From the NCBI GenBank assembly GCA_037379345.1, contig CM074513.1:51191195-51255194 (forward strand): DNA of 64,000 nucleotides, written 5' to 3'. Of this stretch, positions 42,101 to 54,100 are shown piece by piece. The DNA comes from Perna viridis (taxonomy: Eukaryota). The translations under genes and the position numbers were made by a program. The notes below the pieces were generated by a model. That model saw only the letters and a list, made by a program, of their open reading frames with translations. It ran no database searches and was not told the origin of the DNA. Every line of letters begins with the position of its first letter. Position 1 is the stretch's first letter.

Positions 42101-45100
42101 TGGGAGATAATAGTCAAGCTTATGTTTCCTACATCACAAACAGGTTATAATAGAACATAAAATCAGACAAGCAGCATGCACAGTAAAAGATGATATTTAC
42201 CAGAACAAGCAATTAACAAACACCACTTGACACATTCCACATTTAATTAATAAAGGTTGCATATGCAGTGATGATAAGTATTTATAGACTGGCGTGGGAA
42301 AGACAACTCGATTCTAGTAAACAAAGAAGAAGTGTGTGTTTCATAATCTCTGACAGATTAACTTGAATACCATGTTGCAATTCATTGCTGAATCAAATAT
42401 CTACCCTCTTATGTTGATTTCTTATTATAGAATGTCTGTAAGATGCATGATTTTTTACAAAAATCTTCAACCATAATAAAGAATAGGCATGGGAAAAGGG
42501 AGACAACACTAAGGCAAAGTTTAATTCCATGAATTTACTTGTCTATTAAAAAAATGATGATTCAGTCATTGTACAAATGTATACCTGAATGTATACCATA
42601 TATCCTAACAAGAAAATTCCATCACATTACAGTATCTTGTATTGCAAATTTACTTGTAAAGCAATTACCTTGCAGCAGTGGTAGTAGCATAATGATATTT
42701 AGTATTTTGAGATGGCCCCTATATTTACAATAATCAGTGTCTTGGGATCTAGCCAATCTTGAGTATTTGACCTGAATCAGCTGTGAAAGCTTCTCAGCAT
42801 GAATACACTTGTTGGAGACACATAATACAGGGCAGATCCACATTAATTATTAATAGGGTGAATGTATTATCATCCAGATTCTTCAGTTTATGAGAATGCT
42901 GATGGAACAAGATATTAGTATATTATAGTAGTGACAACAGTGACAAATTAGCTACATGTATTTTGATTTTTGTCACTGCTGCTGTTGATATTAACAATTT
43001 ATATACTTTACATATTACAGAAATGTGTATATTTAAGAAATTTAACACTACATTTGAACCCAAAAATTGACAAACATCTTCTAACTGCTTGCAAGGACTG
43101 AAAAAAGAATATCATTACCTAGTAACTGTCTTGCATGACAGATCAATTCAAAGATATATCAATAAAGAGAATAAACAAGGGAAACAACTCCCTTATGAAA
43201 TGATAGTACAGCTTCGACCATATTAAAACAATTGTAGGTTTCATATTTCTGTATTGCACATTAACTTGATCAGTTTTTTTTTTCCTTAGTCATGGAGTTT
43301 TGAGCAAAATTTTGAAAATTTGAAGTTTTGAAACAAAATTGTTATGGTAATGAAACAATGGTAATGTACAAAAGCAGTGATGCCCTGACAAGACTAAACA
43401 TTGGGTGATTACTGCCCCTTACAAGACTGCATATAAGTGTGGTTCATGGAACAATAGCAGTGATGATCGCAGTTGACGAGACAGCACATAAGTGTGGCCC
43501 ATGGAACAATAGCAGTGATGATCGCCCCTGACAAGACTGCACATAAGTGTTGCCCATGGAACAATAGCAGTGATGATCACGGTTAACAAGACAGCACGTA
43601 AGTGTGGTTCATGGAACAATAGCAGTGATGATCGCCCCTGACAAGACTGCATATTAGTGTGGTTCATGGAACAATAGCAGTGATAATTGACCCTGACTAG
43701 ACTGCACATAAGTGTGGTTCATGGAACAATAGCAGTGATGATCACAGTTGACGAGACAGCACATAAGTGTGGTTCATGGAACAACAGCAGTGATGATCGC
43801 CCCTGACAAGACTGCACATAAGTGTGGTCCATGGAACAACAGCAGTGATGATTGCCCATGACAAGACTGCATTTAAGTGTGGTTCATTGTACAATAGCAG
43901 TGATGATCGTCCCTGACAAGGCTGCATATAAGTGGTTCATGAAACAATAGCAGTGCTAATTGACCCTGACAAAACTGCACATAAGGGTGGTTCATGGAAC
44001 AATAGCAGTGATGATCACGGTTGACAAGACAGCACATAAGTGTGATTCATGGAACAAAAGCAGCAATGATCGCCCCTGACAAGACTGCATATAAGTGTGG
44101 TTCATGGAACAATAGCAGTGATGATCGTGGTTGACGAGACAGCAAAGAAGTGTGGTTCATGGAACAATAGCAGTGATGATCGTGGTTGACGAGACAGCAA
44201 ATAAGTGTGGTTCATGGAACAATAGCAGTGATGATCGCCCCTGACAAGACTGCACATAAGTGTGGTTCATGGTACAATAGCAGTGATGATCATCCCTGAC
44301 AAGGCTGCATATTAGTGTGGTTCATGAAACAATAGCAGTGCTAGTTGACCCTGACAAGACTGCACATAAGTGTAGTTCATGAAACAATAGCAGTGATGAT
44401 CACCCCTTACAAGACTGCACATTAGTGTGGTTCAATGAATAAAATCTAAAAAAAATAAAAACTCTATGGGAGTTGTTGGGTTTATGAACAGACTATATTA
44501 CTTAATGAGACCAGAAGGGATATATGTAAAGTTTGTGAGCAAATACTACAAATACTACTACCCATGATTTGTTATAGCTATTTTTCTCTATTTTTTCTAG
44601 TTCTGCTGTTAGCATCAAAATAAACCTGTCAGAACCGGAAGTTAATGAAAATGGAGCAATTTTAACTTTTTCTACTTATATGTACATTATGTTTATCAAC
44701 AATTAAAAAAAATGTTAAAATTAAATAATGGACCAATATTTACTAAAATATTGCAATGAAGTATAAATATTACTGAAGTTTTAGATGTTATTAACTTACA
44801 AGCCAAAATCTCATTCCCAGTTCAATCAACATAGATGTGGATGACTGCTTGTATGGTCTTTGTCAAACCTGTATCTTTGGTTTGTTTTACTAGTAAAAGG
44901 GAGACCACTTTTACTTAACTCATTTTAACATCTGAGATCAGGTTTGCCAATATACAACTATACATAATAAACACTATCAACACACCTGTAATTCTAATAG
45001 AAATGTTTAGTCAGGCAGAAAGGTTTAAATCTACAGTAAAAACAGGGTAAGTTTCAAAGACTTGAATGGTTTTCAAACAAAAGAAAAACATATTTAGAAG

Positions 45101-48100
45101 TCTGAAAGGTATTGATCTTTAAATACATTGTGTACATTGTATTACACAAAAACCAAATTAATGCCAAAACATCAGAAATATATACTTTAGACAAAAGAAA
45201 AAACCTTTGTGGTGTAAGAATATCAATTAACTGCTAGATTATTTAAGAATCTGTCATAAGACCTTACTATAGGGTAGACAAACGCAAGGGGCTGGACAAA
45301 TTGCCAAAACTGGAAAACAGAAAAATTATATGAATACTTCAAACAATTTGGGTAAAACAAACTTAAAATACATGTATTACTACTACTTAATTCAAATATG
45401 TTAACCATAATATGCTTACTTCATTTTTAATTTTATGCTTGTAAGTAATGCTGTTAGTACATGTATCAATAATGAAATGCTTACCTCATCTGATCTGTGT
45501 TTTCAAAGCTTTTAATTTAGTCCTTGCTAAGTTTAATGTTATATTTTTGTTAATTCTGCATTTTTGTCTTCACCCTTTCACAAGTTCATCAAAACTTACT
45601 AGAAATGAACATTTAATTTAAGCTCACTAATTATATCTTAACAGTTGCAAAAATGCCACATTCCTTGCACCCTGCAATTAGAATCCTATTTTTATTTCTT
45701 CATTTCAAGTTCATTTTATAATTTTTTTCATGTTCATTGCCTAAATATAGCTGAAATATTGCTGCTTGGGTATTAAACACCAATCAATCAATCAACCATC
45801 TAATCTTTCCCCAAGAACTTGAAATTATGGACAGAAGAAACTAACCATTAACCTTTATCTTGGGATTGACAAAGAGGATAGCTATCAAGCAAACTGAATT
45901 CAAGCTCTATGACAATGCAGTTATCTCAGAATTGAGGAAGAAGTCAGCCTTCAAACAAATCTATATGACCATGTAGTTATTGTTGAATTGACAACGAGCC
46001 TTCCAACAAAACTACAAAATGTAAGACAATGCAGTTATCCAAGAATCGACGATGAGATAGGCTTTCAAACAAGACTCTGCCGGTGCAGTTATCTCAGTAT
46101 TGACAAAGGGGTACCGGAAGGCATTCAACAAAGCTCTTTGCTAATGCAGTTATCTTGAAATTGACAAAGAGGTAAGCTTTCAAACAAAACTTGATGACGA
46201 TGTAGTTATCATACATGTAGAATTGACGAAGTGGTAGGCTTTCAAACAAAACTCTTTGCCAATGCAGTTATCTTAGTATTGACAAAGGGGTACCATTTGG
46301 CTTTGAAACAAAGCTTTTTGAAAATGCAGAAATCTTGGAATTGACAAAGAGGTAAGCATACAATACTCAATGATAATTGAGTTATCTCAGAATTGACGAA
46401 GAGGTAAGCCTTCAAACAAAACTATATGACAACGCAATGACTTAACTGCATAATTGTCAACTTTCCTTTCCTGCATAACATTCCAGAAACTCCATGGTAT
46501 GATGAATTTATCTCACATACACTTTGCTTTAAACTTTCATCATAACACCCATTTTCTAAATAGAGCTCAGCAGCCAACACTTGGTCATTAGTTAAGACTG
46601 TTACTATGAACTGATTGACCATAATGGAGTTTCTGTTCCCAATCTGAAACTGTGTTAGCAATATTAGAAAATTTGTATTCACAACACTGTTATAAAAATA
46701 AAGGCATAGACAAATCCTGGAGCTAATGTACAATGTATGCTCATCTAGAATTTGGCTACAAGGCTACCTTCCAATGCTAACACAATGACAATAAAATTAT
46801 TGCTTCTGGCCCCATTTTTTACCCTTTTCCTTTTACAGTATAGCGAATCCCTTCCTGATTTTTTTCCTTTATAGCTCTGCCAATACCAAACTGCTTTATA
46901 TGGTATGGAACTTGTTACATTCAATTTATAACACAAACTCTGAAGTGTTACCAGAGAAGGACAACACAGATAACAGTACCATACCAACACAGAACCACAC
47001 AATTTGTTTAAAAGTGTTAATCCTCAAAATGTCCCTTCAAAAAATGTCCATAAATGTAGAGGAACCAAATGAAAACATACATACAAAAACAAAACAGTTT
47101 CACTTTCTTTTACAAGATGAAGGACACAATATACTGTGAATGTGGAAATGTGCAATTACATCATTTTAACATACAAATGTATTGCTGGGTCAGAGATTCC
47201 ATGAAAGTAAATATTAATTTCATAAGTCTTTATCAAATGAAACAAGAAGCTTTTTGCATATAGGTTTCTTTCAAAGATATTTGGTGATTCCAAATGTAGC
47301 AAAATTGATCATCTCACCCCACCCAACTATATGAAAATATCCATGTTTACATCTTACAGTTTTATTTTCCTGTTGCTTTTGAGGCATTTTTATCCGATTA
47401 TGATAGAGGCACAGTAAGTAATATGTGTTTTGCATGGTGTGGTAATTCTGATTGTTTTATTTAAGGACTGGTAAGTCACACAAAGTTTAGTTCACCAAAA
47501 AAAAAAATTAAATAGCTATATACAGTGATATGTCTGGTTATTGCAACTTTTAAGTACAATGTGGATTTAAAAATAATCCAGTTCATTAGAAATAGTATAG
47601 GTCATATAGGTTGGGGTGTACAAGTATGTGAATATGGTTAGTACAGTGTAACTGTCCTAGTACAGTTTACACCTTTTCCTTTGACATTAACACAACAAAG
47701 AAAACATTTCTAAACCAATACACATATACAGCCAAAAAACCATATAACTTGGTCCCAGGCCAAAACAAATTACTACACAATACTTCATAGTACACTATTT
47801 TCAAAGTAATAATGTGAAAGAAGTGGCAGATATATAGATGGGCAGTAAAAAAATCAAAGATTGAAGTCTCCAAAGTTGCTAACTGTCAAATATTCTCTGC
47901 CACTGATTTTCCCTTACTTTCAACATCCGAAATGGCACGAATGTGATGCTCTAAAATCAAATGACTTCCACTAAAATCTTGGTTCCCTTGATATGATTGT
48001 GAACTCCTTCATAACCATGATGACCCGAATGTTTTCAATTACCTAGAACCAGATTAAACAAATGGCAATGGCTATTTATAGATAACGGGTTCTGATAATA

Positions 48101-51100
48101 TATACGACCTATATATAGCCAATAGTAATGAGCCCTGTGTTTGAATCGAAAACTGGGTAATATTACATAAATTCAATGCTACCCGATCATTTCATCTTTA
48201 AATGTAAACTTCCCATTCTCATACCAGTAAAAAAAAACACATAGACATGTGTATGACATTTTTTAAAAGGGGTATGTTGTAGCGATCTTTGGGTAGCTTA
48301 TGATTTTAACCAGGGAAACTGATAAGGAATCAGATTAAACAACTGGTAATGAATATTCATAGATATTGGGGGTGTGCTAATGTATATGGCCTATATAGTC
48401 TTGTAACTAGCCCTGTGCCTGAATTGGAAACTGGGAAATGTTCAGCGTTAACTGATCATTTCATGTAAACTTCCCGTTCTCATACAAGCAAGAAACACAC
48501 GTAGAACACACGCTTATGATATTTGAGAGGTACCATTTTATCTCATATGAAGCTAGAACTATGGCACTATGGCAGTAAACAAGGCAAGGATCTGCAGCAT
48601 TACGTGAAGTATAAATATGCAAATCATATGTGAATATAAAGTACTGAAATTATGAGTGCAAGAAGTCGCTAACAATATTAGCGACTTAAAAATTGGGATA
48701 AATTTACATGCACTGGTTAAATCTTCACTAAGGAGGAAACTTTGCCTGTTTAAATTTTGTCCAATAAAAATCCTAATTCAACATTCTCTATGCTTCTTAC
48801 AGACAAATATGTTCTTTGATAAAAAATCAAGCTATTTTTCCATGTGAATTAGATACTAGTTCACCAAGACACTTCCATGGTAGTATTCCATCATGCAATA
48901 GTGTGCAAAACATTAATGCCAGTATAGACCAAAAATAAATTATAATCTAGACCAGAAAGCATAAAACATGCAAAATTAATAATAATAAAAAAAAAAAAAA
49001 AACCTCATTACCCTAACCCTAACCCTAACCCCACCCTTTCACCCTCAATATAAAAAACTCAGGCTACAAGCCTGGTCCATACCATGTTATCTAAAGTATA
49101 ATGCCCTGACTGACTGTAACTTCTCTGAAGTACTGCTTTACAAAAAACTAAAGTGGCATGCCAGGCAGGACAAAATCAGACAAGAATATTAATGTTCTGA
49201 ACAACAGGTCAATAAAACACACTTAAACAGGAGCGAGTATGTATAAAAATTTAAATCATAAAATTCTGTAAAAGTTCTAGAAGACATTGATTTTTACATA
49301 TTTTCTCGGCAATCTGTTACCATACAACATCTGTTGTCTACATTCTAGCTAAAACTTTCTATTACATCAATATACCTAGCAATTCTTGCTCCAAGTCTAA
49401 TTACAATTTTATTCCTAATTCTCAAATGTATACAAAAACAGAGTGACTTATAAGAATGCTGTTTTATTCTTATTTGATTTGTCACCTAAGTAATAATAGG
49501 AGTTGTGAAGATAAACACATAATGCAAGTCCATTATACCTTATTCACAATTTCAAACTTATGGAATGAACTATTCTCTACATGAAGAATTGATGAGTTCA
49601 TAAAAAATAAATATGAAATTCTTCTCCTTCAACTATCAACATGAGAGTATTGCTTCACATTAGAACTTAACATATTGATGAAATTGGTCAAAAACAATCA
49701 AACTTCATAAACCTGAGGGGTAAATTATAATACTAAACCTATCATCAGTCTTTTTTTCTGGAGAGAATGATTTACGAACTAAATAGTAGGGTTTCCAAGA
49801 GTTTTCTTTACATTGTTGATGACTCAATTTTGAATAATTTTTCGTTACCCTGACCATGATTTAAAGTGGATATCCTTGGTATTTGAAGTCCTGTAAAACT
49901 GAAAGAGAAGTAGTAAAACAGTAAATAAGGTGGCATTTACTTTGAAGATAACCATTCTTTTCAATAAAAATATAGCATCCACTGAGAGTACTGTATTCTT
50001 GTTATTTCATTAGACAGCCAGCACAATACCATAATATTTGGGTGAAAAGCTGAACAGTTTGGGAATAAATTTGGATACTTATTATTAACTCAAAGTTTCT
50101 TAAAATATGACCATGAACCAGTGCTTGACACACAATTTTTTTATGAAACTGTTTGAATGGTGCCAAAGTATAACAATAAATATACATCAACAGATAAACA
50201 ATATGCTAGTACAAGTAAAATATAGATAATGCAAAAGAATGATATCAACCTTGCCATAAGATATTTAGTCTTTACGACTTTTAATAAAGTAACAAACGTT
50301 TGAAAGATTGTAAATAAAATAAAATGCTTTCCAGGCACAGCTTAATAAAACCCAAGAGGTTGAACACTGAATAGCTGGGGCAATATGGGCACACCAATCA
50401 AGCTTGAAATAACTTTTTTTTTGCAATCTGATATTTGACATGACCAGTGGATAAAAGAGAGCCCTTTTTACCCCTAGTTCCTGATTGGTTCCAATCCCAA
50501 TCTTCCAAATAAATCTCATCCTTCTTTTAGGGGTATGGCATCTTGTGGCACAATTTCAAAATCCATTCATTTTTACTCATTATTATCCAGACAACAGGAA
50601 AATGGTTGTTTCTGGCACCTTTTAGTTCCCCGATTCCTAAACAGTTCAGATCTTGACCTGGAAAACCAATCTCAGTTGGACCTTTGTGGCGTAGTATACT
50701 GTGGAACAATATCATAGAAGTCTACATTACTTATATTCTACACAGGCTGTGAAAAGAAGTATTAGAGGGGGCTATGTACTATTCATAACATTCCAGTTGA
50801 AAATATCCCCTTTTAATCAGGTTTTATTACTAAGAATGTTAAGGAATGGTCCATTAAAACTTTGGATATCATTAAAAATTGCCCCTTTTCAACTTTTTAA
50901 TCTCCATCACTACACTGTAAGAAAATACTTAGTACCATTTAAACCAGTGAGATCTTCATGTACATGTACTTTCATGATGATGCTTCACTTATTTCTCAAC
51001 CCTTAATAATTAAACATCTTAACATTTTAATTCCTCTAAGAATTACCCAAGTCCAATATCTGGCCACATTAAGAATACACGTACATGAAGTATTATTCAA

Positions 51101-54100
51101 TGAAGTTGATGCAGTAGTTTGACATTTAATTAATCCTTTTATAAGGAGAATGTTCTCAGATTACAATATTGCCACACTTTACAACAGAAATAAACAACAA
51201 AAAATGACAGAGAACTAACATGTTCTAAGAGAGTCAGAAACAAACAAAAAATGTTGACCTGGATTTGTGTATTCAAGGACTTACATGGTGAACACAATAG
51301 AATTGAATGATTCATAACGTGTACACAGTGGTATTTCTTGTATTGAGATGGTCCCTGTTTAAAATGGGGTTATGGTTCAGATCCAGTGAATGTCAATGGC
51401 AGATGTTCTAAAGAAATATCTACAAGCAATGGATATCAGAACACATATTAATCTGTTAAAAGGCACAGGAGCAAAATTCTAATAGTGAAGAAAATCAATG
51501 GAAATAATTGAGCTCTGGGTCAATGATCTCGCACACAAAGGGCTACCATAAACATCAAATGTAACTGACAAAGAACAATAACATTATCATAAAATCTCAT
51601 TTCTGGGTAAATGTTCAGAGTGATTACATGGTGATGCCCTCTTTAGAAATGACACTATGCCAACATACATGTACCTGCAGAAAAGTCTACTCAGCTAATG
51701 TATCTGGTTACTACTCTGCAGGGATTTCATTATTTTTTGCAATTAAGGTACCCTTTGTTTTGTAGGAGTTACATTGTACCTTTCATGATTTTCTTTGATA
51801 GAAATATAATTGTATAAAAAAATTTTTAAATTAAGTGTATGTACCTAATCAATAGCTTAGAAGGGTACCAGGAAAAATGAGAAAATATCCTATGAATACA
51901 TGGAATACTGCCTAGCTGAATCAATATGGGCTTCCAACATTTACTGAGTGTATTTTCTACTTACAATGCACATGGCTATGTGTTGTTAAAATTCATGTCT
52001 TTGAAGGTCCCTTTTGGTAATAAAGTATACTTGTCAGATCAGTAATATCAATGAATTAAGATGAAACTTTAAGACCACTGGTCATTTCCAGTTGAAAGTA
52101 AATCGGTTGGAAATGGCTCACAAAGAACATGTATCAAAGAAGGATATTGTTCAGTCTGATAAGACTTTAAATTTGTTGGTCTCATGTACATCATTAAATG
52201 ACTGCCTACTTGCCAGCAAGTTGTTGGATGTCTGAAATTACCTTCATGTATAAGGTACATGTTATAAAACCAAGGAAATCTCAGAAAACAACAAGTGAAG
52301 TATATGTGAACTATTTATGTCTACTTTGGCCCTTTTCCCCCACAGATCTCCATTTAGGTTGGTACAGTCCATACAAAGAATCCTTTCGGCTTTGATGAAA
52401 ATATTATTTTGATAGTTAATGTACTCAATAGAAAGTTGTACAACACTGACTGTCCTACTGTTTTCAGAAGAACTATGTCTTAGTTCTGACATTTTCTAAG
52501 TAAAAAACCAGCAGTGCTTACATCATTTGGACTGTCTTCAATAGCAAATTTTTATCAATATAATTCTACTGAAAAATTTGACTTCAAATATTCTCTGTAA
52601 ATTCCTATTTAGTCATGGTTGGATGATAAGATATTCTACTACATACATGTACATGTACATACATGTATATACGAAAAGTATGTTCTTATCATTTACAATC
52701 CTGGAAATATTGTATTTTGCCTTAATCTCTTTATGGCAGTTCCACTAACAGTGATAAAACATCATTAAATCATTTTTTACTACCTTTCATTTGAAACAAA
52801 AAATCATTGCCATGTCTGGTCTTAAAAATTTTGAAAAACGTTACCCTAACAAAATATATTGATGGAGTTTTACTGTAGCCAACATGACATGTGCATTTTA
52901 CTTCAACATTAATAAGATTTCATATCAACGACCTTAAAATTTGGAAGAATTTTAAACTAGTAATTTACTGTTTTACTGTTAACTTATTTTTCATCCATCC
53001 AAAATCCCTTTGACCTTGACCCTCATACTACAAATGTACTTGTGACACAGTAAAGCATCAAAAATCTCTATAACAAGTAGTATCCTGTCAACAAGGGAAT
53101 CTTGTTATCCCCATCCCTAATTCTGAACTGACAATGTATTTTTTCTTGTTATGCAATTACATCATGTACATGTACACATGTTCAGAGTACACTGATTGTG
53201 TATAGACATTAAATGTACAAAATATTTATGTCTACAAATAAAATGATAGTCACCTCTTATATAGGACTCAACAAACACTGAAAGGAGCAGTCATCTAATA
53301 AAACTGTATCATCAATAAAAAGGAACAAGTGAACAATATGCCCATTGTCAATGCAGCATTGGAAATCTAGAAACAAGTGAACAATTTGCCCATGGAAATC
53401 TTGAGACAATGTTTCAAGTCACAATTTGGAATTTCGCTGCTAAAATATGGGCATATTTCTCTGTGGGAATAATGCCAAAAATTGGTTCTTAAATAAAGCC
53501 TTAAAATCAGTTAAGGCCGACTGAAAAGGACATACTGTTAATATATTACATTCAACATCACTATGACATCCACTTGCAGTCCTACACACTACTGTATGAG
53601 TATTATAGCATGCTTTTGATTTTTTTTTTATTTCAGAAGATTTATAAAGCTTAAGTCTGGAATACATGTATGTCTCATGGGTAAAAGTACAAGTACCATG
53701 TTCTTGTTTTAACACTTATCTAGGCAATTTGATATTTTTTCAAAAAAAATAAAGTGCCTATGAATGATGGTTGTACATGTAATTTTACACCCTATTCACA
53801 GATATTTCATGTATTTCAGCACCAGAACATATGATCAATTGTTAGACAATTATTAAACCTACTTTCTAAGCAGAATTGCAAACAAGCTACATGTACATAC
53901 AGTATGTACATAATGGACACAGCATAACTCATGAGGACAATGTGGTACCTAAAAAAATGTGCAATGTGCAGAAAAACCCACTGACCAAATGGGTCTTTTT
54001 CAGTCTATATATATGTACACATGACTGTATGCCATATTTTTATATAACTTAAGTCTTTTCTCTATAAAGATCTATATTTTTTTTTAGAAAACCATACATT

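Noticed and set aside
43387-44435. CRISPR-like array and the Cys/His-rich ORFs within it
   Set aside because: No unique spacers, no cas genes, and it sits in a eukaryotic intron. It is an ordinary 55-bp minisatellite.
49011-49028. (CCCTAA)3 telomere-like repeat
   Set aside because: Only three units, within a C-rich MITE-like end; too short to call an interstitial telomere.
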